Shown: positions 28,936 through 42,954, numbered from the stretch's first letter. The stretch is 64,000 bases of DNA from Octopus vulgaris (GCA_951406725.2 OX597826.1:20894001-20958000), one strand, 5' to 3'. Made by a program: numbers and translations. Notes: generated by a model from the sequence alone, not told the origin.

Positions 28936-30986
28936 TATATTTTGATATAAAGTAGCTGTTTTGTAATTTATGCAAAGAATATTATTAAATAGTTTTTGGA
29001 GAGGAAAAGCTCCAGCATGACCACCACCACACAATAACAACAACAACAGCTTGAAACCAACTGAAGATTAAAAGAATTAGAGAGTTAAAGAATTAGAGAA
29101 TTGCACAATTAGAGAATAATAGAATAAAGAAATAGAGAAATGGGAATTGAGAGAATTAAAGAAATTAATCCTGTTTAATAAAGTATGTCTGGCTGGTGGG
29201 GTGGATGGATGCCTGGCTGGCTTGATAGCCAGATGGACAAACAGACAGACAGAAAGAGAGATACATAGATAAACTGACAGGTAGATGGATCAGTAGACAA
29301 ACAGACAGATACACAAATAGAGAGAGAAGTACCTAAGTAGGTAGGTACAAGAATAACATTGAAGATGAGAAAAAAAAGAAAAAAAAGAAAAGCAAACACT
29401 AACCCCAAAACAAAACCCTGTCTCCATCATTGACCCCATGTTCTCCTTTGCAAACTCTGATCCCTGATTCCATGATCTCTGCCCTCTGACCTCATTCTTT
29501 ACACCACCCACCCACCCACCCACCATCATCAAACTCAGAGTCTGAGATAAATGACTAAAGTCTCATTTAGTGAAGTTGAATAAATTACATAAGAGGGGGA
29601 GGAGGAGGAGGAGGAGGAGGTAGAAGAGGAGGAGGAGGTAGAAGAGGAGGAGGAAATAGTGTGGAGGGTGGAAGGGTGGGACAGGAGGCTTGATGCTCAA
29701 AAATCAAAATTTTTCTAATTAAAAATTCACTTTTATTTGTCAGTTTAAACTGGATAACGAAATTATATTTCTCTGCAAGAGATTTATTTATTTTTTTAAA
29801 TTAAAAAAATTAAATTTACTTTTGGTTGCATTCCCTCCTTCCCCTTCACACACCCTTCGCTTTGTTTTTATTCTGTGTGTGTGTGTGTTTCTTTTTTGCT
29901 TCTTTTACTCTCTCCTTCCTTCCTTGGTTGACTGCAAGAAATGAGGATATATACAGACATACATTTATATGTATATATATGTGTGTGTATATATATATAT
30001 ATGTATATGTATGTATGTATGTATGCATGTATGTATGTATGTACATGTATAATGTGTATGTGTGTCTGTGTATTTATGTATATGTATACATATGTGTGTG
30101 TATACACACACACACACACAAATATATGTGTGTGTGTAAAGAGAGCAAGATTTACTTTGTTTTTATTTAAATATTTTCTTCTGCCTTTCTTTTTAACTTT
30201 TCTTATTTTTTTAAAAAAATTATTGTTTTTATTTTTTAAAAAAACTTTATTTTTATTTCTTATTTTCCTCTATTTATTAAAATGGTGCTAATCTTTTCCG
30301 CTTCTTTTTATCATGGAATTCATTGATGTTCTGCAAAATGTAAAGTTTACTTCCTTCTTGCACTCTTTTTGCTGGTTTTGTTGGGGTTTTTTTTATACAA
30401 GTCTGTCCCTTTTTTAGGTAAACATGGGGCCACCACCACCACCACCACCACTGCCACTGCCTCCCCCTTCTACATTAACATTAATGAATTAAGCATGCAA
30501 AAAGTAGTGGACTGCAAGCATTTTCATCTCCCCCTCCCCTTATTTTACTTTTACCTCTTCCTTTCTTAAATAATATTTTTTAAATGTTGTTGTTGTTGAT
30601 AGTGTCTATTGTGGTGGTGGTGGTGGTGGTGGTGGTGAGAGGTGGTGTAACTAAATATGTAGAAAAGTCAAAGAAATACTTGGCTGTGATCTGTCAGTGA
30701 AGCTTCACAATTACTGAAGTTAATTAGATATAGAAAATAATAATGATAATAATAATGATAATAACAATAATAATAATAATTAGAAAAGAGGTCCTCGAAA
30801 GGAGATGAAATCACAAAGGAAAGCCAGGAAAAAAGAAAATAAACATTGGTTGCAAAAAATGAGGCAATAAATATAGTTTTCTCTCTGTTTTCTAATCTCC
30901 TCTCTCCCTCTCGCTCTCACTTTCTCCCTTTCTCTCTCACTTTCTCCCTCTCCTCTCTCCCCTTTTCTTTCTATCTTTCTTTCCTG

Positions 30987-31028
<42 letters not shown>

Positions 31029-31166
31029 CTTCTAACTCCTTTTTCTCCTCTCACTTTCTTTCAGTTAATCTTTTTTTCCTTCCCTTTCTCTCAACCTCTT
31101 TCTTATCTTCTCTCTCTCTCTCTCTCCCTCTTTCTATCTATCTATCTTGTTTTTTGTTCTGTATTG

Positions 31167-31201
<35 letters not shown>

Positions 31202-31459
31202 CACTTTCTCTCATTTTCTCTCTCTCTCCTCTCCTTTTGCCCCCTTCTGCTTTCTTTCAATCTTCTTCTCTCTCTCTTCCTCTTTCTCTCTCTCTCTCTC
31301 CACCCCACCCCTCTCTGTTTCCTCATCACTGACTTCATATTGCTACAGAATCATTCAAGCATGATATTACGACAAGTGATGGTAAGGCTGCAAGGAGAGA
31401 AAGAGAGAAAAGGAATGAAGGAGAAAGACAGGGAATGAGGGAGAGAGAAACAGAGTGAA

Positions 31460-31501
<42 letters not shown>

Positions 31502-32017
31502 TTCAAATTAAAGAAATGCTAATAGTGGCAAGAAAGAACAAAGGAAGATGAATTTTTTTTTAGAAATTTTATTAAAATTAAAAACAGAGATTTTTTTTTT
31601 AATATTATCTAAGAATAATGAATTCTTTAAATAAATTTCTTGTGATTTTTAAACTCTAATATTTTCACAACACAGTTCTGCTTCAAGAATTGTTTAACAA
31701 ACTTAATTGCTAATCATTTCTTAGCATTTTACTTTAATTCTTCCATTAGTGCTTTAATCTTTGCTCCACTTTAAATCATTCTTTTGTTTATATATATTTA
31801 CATATATTTTTTTATTAAACAAAAACCAAAAAAAAAAAACGAGGCAATATTTAATATAGGAAGACAAGATATATTCCATTTGGTTTCTGAGATTAATTTA
31901 AAAACTAAAATTGTCATATTTTCAATAGGTTGGCTTTAAATAAGAGTTTACTTTGATGTTCAAAGGTGGATCTTTCAACAAATACATACATACATACATA
32001 TATATAAATAAATTTTA

Positions 32018-32055
<38 letters not shown>

Positions 32056-33169
32056 GGTAGGTATGTATGTATGTATGTATGTATGTATGTATATATATAT
32101 ATTTTATATATGTATATATATATATATATATGTATGTAGATATGTATGTATGTATGTATGTATATAAAGACACATATACACATATGCTTACTACACGTAT
32201 GTATCTCCATAGTCTTTGCTTTCCATAATGCCAGTTTACAAATACATTAGTTTTAAAAGACGCTGTTTGTCTTATGTTAGATTGTCATTAAGGTGCCATT
32301 TGACATTGAACACCTCACCATCACCACCACAACCACCACCAACAACAACAACAGCAAACCATGACAGCCCCCCACCTTTCTGTTATTCCAACATCCCTCC
32401 CCCACCCTTATTGCATCAACACAACACCCCCATCCCACCCCATATTACACTAACAACGTTTTTAATTCACCAGTTGGAGATAAATGTTGATATCTTTCAC
32501 TATGGCTTTTAAACATCTTTCTTCCATTAAATCCTTCTTGCTTGTAAAATAAGAAAAATAAGAAGTACTGGCTGTCCATGGAACTTGTTCAATCTATGAG
32601 AGATATGCTTTGTTTTTGTCTTTGTGTTTATGTTTGTTGTTGTTGTAGTTTTATTTATTTATTTTTGGCTCTTGAAACTGTTTACCAGAGGGCATATAGT
32701 TTATAAAGCACATGGAATCATTAAAACAAAGAATAGATTTATCTAAATGTATAAAACAAATATCTGTTATAGCTTGCAGGCCTTTGTAAGTTCCTGCAGC
32801 CTAATCCTCAAAGAATACCATTATATAGATATCTGCAGGCTGAGAAAATGATAACCTTTCTCACTTTAAAGTCCTACCCTATATTTGGTGGCACCAACTG
32901 CCTGTCTCTGGTGTAAAAGTATTTCCTTTCTAAAAGTTTCTGTGAACAGTAACACTTCTATTGTTTTCTTCTTCTAACTCACTTCCACCCTTTTTCCATC
33001 CATAACACACCAAATACCGTCCATGAGATTTTGACAACAGTCATGAGCTGTAGGGGTTCCATGAGACACAGCTTGGAAATGTCTTTCTAATAATAGGAAT
33101 TTCTAAAATAAAATCCAGTTACTTTTTGGAAGTCCTAAATTACACATCCTGCTTAATGACATTGATAAT

Positions 33170-33375
33170 AGTTTTCAAATTTTGGTGCAAGGCCAGCAAT
33201 TTTAACGGCGGTCGGGTAGGGTTAGTCAATACCATCAACCCCAATACTTAACTGGTATTTTAGTTTATTGACTTTGAAAGGTTAAAAAACAATATTGATC
33301 TTATCGGATTTGAACTCAGAACAAAAGGAGCCAAAACAAATACTCCTGATGAGCTGATGATTCTGTCAGCTCACT
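33170..33375 (-). mobile_element. tRNA-derived SINE, family B
   Basis: GGATTTGAACTCAGAAC...GATTCTGTCAGCTC is the reverse complement of the family B head. Confidence 0.65.
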
Positions 33376-33814
33376 TCCACTTTGTCCTGACCTGGAAACA
33401 TAGGATTTATCCAACAATAGACAATACAAATTTTAACCTTGTGAAGACATTTCTCTACATCTGTCTGCTATAATCACATCACACCCAACAACAATGGCTA
33501 AAATTTCTGTCATTTAATTATTATTTCAAACATTAATTACAAAACTTGTGAATAAACTCTTTTTTACCACATTTTTATATGAATGAACATTCTCAGACCA
33601 AAAGGGTATTATCTGAAGACCCTAAAACTAAACTATATCTGTCAGCTTTAATATACAACCATTACTACAATGTATAAAAAAGAGTCTTTATAATATCTGA
33701 ATGTCCTTTTAAATCTCCATAACTTCCATAAATGGTAGAATTAATGTTTGTAAAGAATAAGTGAAGGAATTTAATCCATTTTTAGGTAGATTTATTCTTG
33801 ATATTGTTAATCTA

Positions 33815-34000
33815 CAACATGTCAAAAAGCACCCAGTACACTCTATAAAGTGGTTGGCATTAGGAAGGGCATCCAGCTGTAGAAATCATGCAAAAGAAGG
33901 TGTTGGAGTTTGTTGCAGTCTTCTGACTCACTGCCACTTGTCAAACAGCCAAAGACATAGCCAGCATGGAAAACTGACGGTAGATGATGGTGATGATGAT
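33815..34000 (+). mobile_element. SINE family A, decayed
   Basis: GGTTGGCATTAGGAAGGGCATCCAGCTGTAGAAA...CCAGCATGGAAAA plus (GAT)n. Confidence 0.7.
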
Positions 34001-35019
34001 GATAACAATGTCGGCAACAACAGCATCATTAGGTATTCAAACTGGGATGTGATTCTAAAGTTTTAGAAATTCTTTACAGCTGATTCCCAGTTAAACCCTG
34101 TGTCACATTAATTAACCAAAATACCTGCAAATCAAATCTCTTATTTTAATTAATAAACAATTAGATGAAATTTACTGATTCATGATTATAAAACATCTGC
34201 ATCAGGTTTTTAAATGTTTGGTTCAGATCAAATCCTGGGGTGGAAATTCTCGGTTTGGTTCAGCAATGAGTGTCCAGTTGCTTGACCAATAGGATTAATT
34301 CTTAAATGAGAAATGGCTGAGGGTTTCACAGACCATTATATTAAGGAAATTCTCAGAATAAACCAGCAAGAGGCAATTTAGCAAAGTCTGGGCCTTTAAA
34401 TTATGGGAAAAATCCAAAGAGAGGGAGAGAGAGAGAGGAGAGAGAGAAAATGAGGCAGAAAGACAGAGAGAAAGAGAGAGGGAGGGAGAGAGAGACGGAA
34501 ACACTACCTTCTAGTATTTGGAAAGGCTGTGTTAACTTCACTGGGATTTGATCTCCAAACAGAAGCAGTAAGCATAATTACTGTCAGTCACTCTATCCAA
34601 TGCTCTAACAACCCTGCCAGTCCCCCCACTTACACTGAGACTCCCCGAACACAATCTGTGTGTGAGTACACCCTTCAATGAGGAGAGACTAAAGGATATA
34701 GTAATCCTTTACAGGAATCCCAGGCCTGGAGGGAGAAGGAGAAAGGGATCCTCAAATAAGACATCTGATCCCAATTACTTGCAAAAGAGTGGACTCTTCA
34801 GTTAAGTCTATCACCCAAGTAGGTCATGGTAGGAGTTGAACTTACAATACAAAGGTGTTGAAAAAATACCACAAGGCATCTAAAGACTCTACTAAATTGC
34901 CATGGAGGTTCTGCCAATTGCTGTCTACAATCATATTCCAGAGTATTGGTACTCAGCACCATGCTGTTGTACTCTAAATATTCTCTTAGCATCTATAGAC
35001 ATATCCCAGAGTATTGCTA

Positions 35020-35700
35020 CTCACATTTATTTTCTTAAATTATCTGCTTTGGATGTTTTTACCATCTCTTTTCAGTGTATATACTGAAGTTTCAGCACAG
35101 TTTCCTTTGTTATGTCTGTTGGTGTTTTTGGTATATATTAGGAATGGTCAACCAGAAAGAATATTATCGTTTATAATCTCCACATCAACTGCAATCATGT
35201 AAAAACTATTTTGTAATGACAATGTTTTTTATCTTGATTTTAAAAAGGAAGTCACTGATCCCATGTTACAATCAGAAAGCTTTCACTCTCAACTTTTAAA
35301 CTCCATCTTTGAAGCCAGTAATTTTTGATGGTCGATCTTTCAACAATCATAGAATATTGTCTGTTCAAAGGTTTTCTCTTGTCATCTCTCTATCATGTTT
35401 TCGTATTTTTATTCCTTTTTACATTTCAGTTCTTTAATCCTGTTTTTCTCTGTAGATTCCTTTGCGATACCTTCCTCCTCTCCATCATTATTCCAGCTTT
35501 TATTTGGAACATTTTTATCCTCATACTTGAAAAAAAGAGATAATTTCATACAATTTTTAATGTTTCTTAACTATTTCTGTTAATCTATTGCTATATTTTG
35601 TGATATTAAAACTATTTTTAGTGATTTTGTAATCACATCATTCTCTTCCACCAAAGATAACTATAACCTATCAATGTCTACTTTTGTTGGTCAATTCTAA
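35020..35700 (-). mobile_element. decayed R4/Dong-like (restriction-like endonuclease group) non-LTR retrotransposon fragment
   Basis: Minus-strand peptides PLNRQY...WLQRWSLKVESESFLIVTWDQ (compare PLHGQY...WL..LK.ETE.FIIAAQDQ) and DNILSG*P...RHNK (CCHC knuckle / RHD region). Contains stops. Confidence 0.6.
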
Positions 35701-36339
35701 AGATTCTCATTTATTTTTTTGGTTTTATCTTTAAACTCCTTACTTCATCTTTTATTACATGAAATCTACAAGTTATTAACTGGCATAGCTAATGTGTTAA
35801 TGTTTATTACTCTGTTCTTAGCATTCAGTTCTGTCTTAACTACTAGTTTAATGTGTCTGTAATATTCTTGTCTGATTATTTTAAAATTCTGGAATGCTTT
35901 ATACATCATCAGCATCAGCATCAATATCTACTTTTCCATTTCTGCATGAGTTATTGCTGGGATAGATTTTCAATTTCTTATTCTCAACACCCCTCACCTA
36001 TTTCCAAATAAGGTAATATTCCTCTGTATTCTTTGAACATTTACAATACAATGCCAGACATGTTTTCATGGAAGATTTCAAATGAATGACACCACTTCTG
36101 TGATTCGTTTACAATTAGCAAATGGTGGCAAGTAGAAGGAACCTGAGTACAAACACACTCACTCACTCGCTCATGCATGCAATCATACATACATGCATAC
36201 ATGTATATATGTATGCATGGATGGATGGATGCATGGATGGATGGATGGATGTGTTTGGCAAATAGTTTCTTTCAGATGTATTATTACCTTACTTTAGTTC
36301 ACGTATCCTTCACTGGTAACAAGACCAGCCTTAGAAAGA

Positions 36340-36990
36340 CAAACTCAGTCACAAATTGAAACATTTGAGGAAATTATTATTATCTACAAAGTTTGTGCCT
36401 CAATTCTACATATTTAAAGCAATTCTCTTCAAAATTTTTGGATGTATTTTTCATCTCTATAATTCCTTTCCTCTTAATTGCAATTATTTATCAATGTTCA
36501 AGATATCAACTTACTTTTTGAGATCAGACTTGAAGCAGTCTTTATTTCTTAACTTTGGCTGGTGAGAGGGGTGTCTTTTCCTAGCACATGGTTCTCCATA
36601 AACTATATGCTTCAGAATCCCTTCTCCTTTCCATGCTACATATATGGCCATCTCACCTTAGTCTGTCATGACGTGAGACAACTTCTATCATTCACTTTCA
36701 TAGTCTGTTCAAGATAGTTTCAGAAGCAGTCAAAGACACCTATACTGAAAAAACTCCAATTGTTTAATTCTTCCAATGTCCTGTCAATATTTCACAACAA
36801 ACCTGAGAAAATGATATTTTAGGTGTCTTCCTATTGCAAGTCTGTACTCAGTGACCAACTGCTATGATTCTGCATTGCATTTGACTGAGAAGAGACATTG
36901 ATATATTTGTTGTAAATATTGACCAAACCATTCGCCAAACAGTCATCTTTGCTTTGCTGCTCATTTACAGTTATTGGTCACACACATTAC
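36340..36990 (-). mobile_element. decayed RTE-clade LINE 3' fragment
   Basis: Minus-strand GHICSME...ILKHIVYGEPCARKRHPSHQPKLRNKDCFKSDLK is homologous to GHLVRMKDSRMPKQFFYGELAKGERPP...RYKDLLKASL at 44173. Confidence 0.7.
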
Positions 36991-37023
36991 TGAATCAACT
37001 TCCATCATGTGTATGTATGTGTG

Positions 37024-37090
<67 letters not shown>

Positions 37091-37223
37091 ATATATGCAT
37101 ACCTGCATGTACGAATATATGTAGGCCTATATGTAATTACATATATCTGAATGTATATATATACACATGTATGTATATATGTATAAATACACACACACAC
37201 ACACTGAAATATATATACATATC

Positions 37224-37712
37224 AAAATAAGCAACAAGGATATCCAGAGGTAATGCAATACAATCGTTTCAAGCAACTCCATTTAATTGAACAATGCAAT
37301 CATTACATCAATTTAAATGCAGAGCAATCCTCAGCTGCATAAAGACATAGAATTAAATAAAATTAAAACAGATGGACACATTAGTATAATTTTACCTAAA
37401 ATCTTCAAGAAGGTAAGGAGATAGACAAAGAACATGCTGTCTTCACTTCAAGGAGATTGACAAAGAACATACTGTCTTCACTTCAGCTTAGAAGCTTCTA
37501 AGCTGAAGTGAAGACAGCATGTTCTTTGTCTATCTCCTTACCTTCTTGGAGATGTTAGGCAAAACTATACTAATGTGTCCATCTGTTTTAATTTAATTAA
37601 ATTGTATGTCTTTATGCAGCATTTAAATTGATGTAATGATTGCATTGTTCACTTAAATGGAGTTGCTTGAAACGATCGTACTGTATTACCTCTGGATATC
37701 CTTGTTGCTTAT

Positions 37713-37715
<3 letters not shown>
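37224..37715. mobile_element. spacerless palindromic element (Penelope pseudo-LTR-like) inserted in (TA)n
   Basis: Arms 37224-37494 and 37495-37715 centred on AGAAG|CTTCT. The left arm is 50 bp longer because of a 35-bp tandem duplication and 15 bp missing from the right arm. Confidence 0.85.
37253..37340 (-). ncRNA. candidate minimal type I hammerhead ribozyme
   Basis: ATGCAG-CTGAGGA-[long stem II with CATTTAA/TTAAATG, imperfect base]-GAAAC-GATT-GTA-TTGCAT. Stem I is ATGCAG/TTGCAT, cleavage triplet GUA. Confidence 0.55.
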
Positions 37716-37752
<37 letters not shown>

Positions 37753-37757
37753 TGATG

Positions 37758-37815
<58 letters not shown>

Positions 37816-38069
37816 TAATTCCTTAAGTAATGACCTGATGGACTTGATATTACTCTTTATTTTTGATTCATCCTGTTACTGTCCCTTATGTTTTTTCAAC
37901 ATATTGTGTTGGATCAATTTTGCAGTCTGGGTCTGCAGCAGATCCAGCAGAAATATACCCTGACTGTGGATGACTCCAGGCAGCCCTAACTTTGCCACTG
38001 CTCCACTCAACACTTCAACACACTAATCGACATATACCCATTCGTCCCAAAATATTAAATACATATATA

Positions 38070-38283
38070 TTCTTTTACTTGTTTCAGTCATTTGACTGTG
38101 GCCATGCTGGAGCACCACCTTTAGTCAAGCTAAATGATCCAAGGACTTATTCTTTGTAAGCCTAGTACTTATTCTATCGGTTTCTTTTGCCGAACTGCTA
38201 AGTTACGGGGATGTAAACACACCAACATCGGTTGTCAAGCGATGTTGGGTGACACACACATACAAACATATACACACACATAG

Positions 38284-38320
<37 letters not shown>

Positions 38321-38470
38321 AAAGTTAAAAAAATACACAAACTGGGACAAGAACGTGAAACATTTAGAAGACGACAAAAAAACACGGACGGGACTTTCGA
38401 AGCTCTCAGTCATCAGTCAAGAACCAGATCATCTTCGCAATTTCGGCTGATTAATCTTGAGATTGCTCCG

Positions 38471-38525
<55 letters not shown>

Positions 38526-38744
38526 ATATATATATATATCATCATCATCATCATCATATATATATATATATATATATACACAACAGGCTTCTTTCAGTTT
38601 CCGTCTACCAAATCCACTCACAAGGCTTTGGTCAGTCAGAGGCTATAGTAGAAGACACTTGTCCAAGGTGCCACACAATGGGACTGAACCTGGAACCATG
38701 TGGTTGGTAAGCAAGCTACTTACTACACAGCCACTCCTGCGCCT
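38070..38744 (-). mobile_element. full-length family C SINE interrupted in its internal microsatellite by a second element (38318-38474)
   Basis: Head at 38585-38744 and 3' half at 38070-38250. The insert matches 49511-49668. Confidence 0.8.
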
Positions 38745-38772
38745 ATATATATACACACACATGCTCATGTAG

Positions 38773-38838
<66 letters not shown>

Positions 38839-41621
38839 GATATATATGTCTATGTACATACACATACACACACACACACACATACATTGATGTGAACCTC
38901 CATTTCCCCTTTAAAAGAAAGATCATTTCAGAATTAAATCTCTCTCCTTCTCTCTCCCTCACTCTCTCTCTCTTTCCTTCTCCCACTCCATCTTTGTCTC
39001 TCTTTCCCTCTCTTTCTCTCTGCCACCCCCCTTCCTCTCTCTCTTGCCTATTTTCTCTTTCATCAAATTTTGCAGGATATTATTTAATTTAAATTCGGAG
39101 ACCTCCAGAATAATATTAACTATTATTTCTAATATTTAATCTCTTCACAATAACAACAACAACAACGACATCATCATCATCATCATCACCATCATAAACA
39201 GCAGCCTTACGTTTCTATTTCATACATTGGCCACCATTAATGTTATCATCATCATCATCATCATTATCAACATCACAATCATATTCACTGCACAAGATCT
39301 TTTCATAATGCCATCACCATATTGTATGGCAAAATTATTTTTCCTGCTCAATCGACGACTCTGTCACTGCTATTGCCCTCTTTTCATCTAATCTTTAAAG
39401 TTTATTTTTCAAAAAAACTTTCAATGATAAAATTTATATTTATTTATTTATATTTTGAACATTTGAAGGAGTCCCTATAGAACTGTTTGTGTTGGTGCTT
39501 TGTTTATCATTTTTTAAAAATAATTCTTAGAAAGAAAGACACACACATAGAAGAAAAAAACAACAAAAACAAATCAAGTTGTGATAAGACACATTAAGAA
39601 AATGGGAAATAAAATTGTTTTTTTGTTGTTGTTGTTGTTGTTTTGGTTTTTGAAAAAAATGGAGAGAATTTCATACCTCTGTAAGGTGAAGTTTTAATGA
39701 TGAAATAAAAATATTGAATTTTTAATTTATTCCTTTATTGTCTTCGTACTAACATTAAAACTACTGCAAGTAGCTTCCAAATAAAGCCATTAAGCGAAAA
39801 TAATATCAAGAAAAATAACAACTGAGTTTTGATTGGATTCAAGGTTTTCCTCCATTAATATGCCATTTAACCCAAACTTAGATGAAGACAATTCACTTTG
39901 CTTTTTGTTTTGTTTTGTTTTTATTTGTTTTTATTTTCATTTGCTTTTGTTTGTTTGTTTTTGTTTTATTTGCTTTTGTCATTAGAACCGTCATGCTATT
40001 TCTGAGTCACCACAAAATAGTGCTTTTGGAACATTTGAATACTATCAAAACATAGATCGACAATGCAACCTCAAAATTTGTATTGATTTTGCATAATGAA
40101 TTTATAGTCCAAACATAATTTTAAAAAATTCTTTTTGATCCTTGGAAAGAAAAGCATTTTTCCAGAAGGCTTCAAAGGTGATTTTTCAAAAGATGTCATT
40201 AATTTCGCAGTCGTCTTATCTTGCAAACAGCCAAAAACAGTTTGGGTTTCAGACACCATTAGATTTTATTTTATTCTATTTTATTTTATTCTTATTTCTT
40301 TCAGTTTCGGGTAAAGTTTGCATTTGAAAACTTTTATCCTGAAATCTAAATATTAAACCACTGAACAGAAGTAAAGTTTCATTTTTATTTGTTAACAAAT
40401 TTGATTATTTATATCTTTTTTTGAAATCTTTCTAATCAAGAAGAGCGTCAATAATAGCAGAGCAGTTGCATTACGATCAAGCTTTATTCACTGATCCTCC
40501 AGTAAAAACATCCTGCTTTAAGCAAACTTTTTAATACTTTAGTGATAACTGCCGCTCCTGTGTGGAATAGTAATGCACTAATCTTTCAAAGACAAAGGAA
40601 AAAATTTCTTTTTTTTCTTTTTTAGAATTATCAATGATAAAATGTATTCATGCTTTTTAAAGCAATTTTTGTGAACAAAGAAAGCAATTTCACATCTTTA
40701 TGCTTAATTAAAACAATTGTTTCTATGTGTTCTTTTGAACAGACAGATTTTTCGATGTGTCGTAGTTGAGTCGTTTAAGAGCCTTTGTGTGCTAAAGTGT
40801 GCTTTAAATATCATTTAGCACTCTTTCAATAGCAAGACAAACAATAACAACTCAAGGTACCATTAGATTTTAGCAATTTGTTGTTTAAAAACCATGAAAA
40901 GTTGTAAATCCAACAATATCGAGATGGATTTGCTAAACAATTCCTATGTCTATACTCCTTAGGGATTTTGATTAAATCGAATTCACAGATTTTTAGAGTG
41001 GATGTGTTTGTTTGTAGTGAGCCAATTTGTGTCTTTAAAGCTGGCTCACTAATCCCATGTGGAGTTCTAGCAGAGCCATCAGTTAGAATTAGCAGCTTAA
41101 TGAAGATGCATTAAGTATGCTTCCATGACAGATAGAGAGACCAGTACATCCACTCTGATCAGAGGATCTTTGAAAAAAAATATCATTACAACAACAACAA
41201 TAATATATACAAAACAAAAATATAAATAAATAAACAGTAGTAATTTTTTTTTCTCTCTTTCTCTAAAACTCACAGAAGCAATAACCACTCCAGCTATTAA
41301 TACTAAATATTCTAACTAGAGCTATTGGCAACATAATTACTTCTCTTCCAACTGCGAGTTGTTACTATTTACGTTAACGTTGACAACCTATGCTTTATGT
41401 GTCAAAAGCTCTGTCATCATCTCCTAAATAAATTTTCATGTTAGTTGGAATAATTTTGCATGAATAATTCCATTATAAAGAACTACGCCAGTGTTAAACT
41501 CTGTCCAAATACTTGGCAGCAGGCGCAATCAATAATTTCAACAACAACAACAATTAAAACGAAATTTTAAATTTTAAACACAAAACAATGTCCCCATACA
41601 TTCTAATGTGGCTCCATCACA

Positions 41622-41670
<49 letters not shown>

Positions 41671-41860
41671 CAGACATGCACACACACACACATGCATCCA
41701 CACACACACACACATGTACAACCGTGTACATACATACACATGATCATACATTGTCCTCTTTGCTTTCCCTGTAGTTCTCTCCAATAACATCTAATCTAGC
41801 AATTGTAAAAACTACATCCAATTTATTTCCCTTCTCCACACAACAAACACCACCAACACG

Positions 41861-41891
<31 letters not shown>

Positions 41892-42768
41892 CTAGTAATT
41901 CGATATATCGACAGAATTCACAAACTTTGATTGATCGGTGTCGTAGAAATCAGTCAATGTTTGACTATTGAATCGTAGCAAGTGGCACATTGTTCAGTTC
42001 TGATGTACATGCAGCCAAACATCGAGTGATTATATATTAAATTTTAATAAAATAAAGGATATTTGTAAATATTAAATATTAATAACAGCCAAGTAGGAAA
42101 ATATTGAGAAGTAAAAATTTAAAATGAACTTCAGTCAACTTTGGAATGATCAAATATTTATAAAATAATTGTTCAATAAAGCTAGCGATATTTCATTGTG
42201 TATGCATGCATATTTATATACAAATTAAAGTATATTTTATAGAAAGACACACTTATGCGATATTTTGACTTCATAAATCGTATGAAATGTTTTCGTTTTC
42301 AAAAGTGAATCTCAAATAAAAACTTAACATTTTAAAAAGACATTCCAGTTTATTTTTATTGAAAAGTAAAACGAGATGTTAAACTATAGAAGTTTACACT
42401 TTCACAGTAAATAAATATGAAGTCATGTGGAAAATTTTTATGAAAGAAATCTATATGAAGAATTCACATTGCCAAATGAATATTATTAATGTGATGGCAA
42501 ACTAAATATGCACGTAGTTGGCAAAAGGTTTTCAACTCGCATTTTTCCCTATGTCTCTCAATTTAATTTGAAAATTTCTTCTGTAGTAAAAGAAAATCTT
42601 TGGGATAAATTTATCTAAACATTACTGAAATTTAATATCCTACATTTATAAAATAATTCTTCAATAAAACTGCAGATATTTCAAAGAAATTAAGTACTTT
42701 TTTTTGTATGTCTTTATACATATTGCTGTTGAGTATACATAGTTATTTATATACAGATTAAATTATAC

Positions 42769-42814
<46 letters not shown>

Positions 42815-42923
42815 AGAGAGAGAGAGAGAAAGACAGAGACAGAGATATAGAGAGAAAATATATGATATACACACATGTGTATAAGTATTTATATATATAT
42901 ATACATATTCTTTGTACATACAC

Positions 42924-42954
<31 letters not shown>

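Noticed and set aside
40305-40310. 6-nt microexon TTTCGG (good pyrimidine tract, GTAAAG donor)
   Set aside because: Too short to distinguish from chance without RNA-seq evidence.
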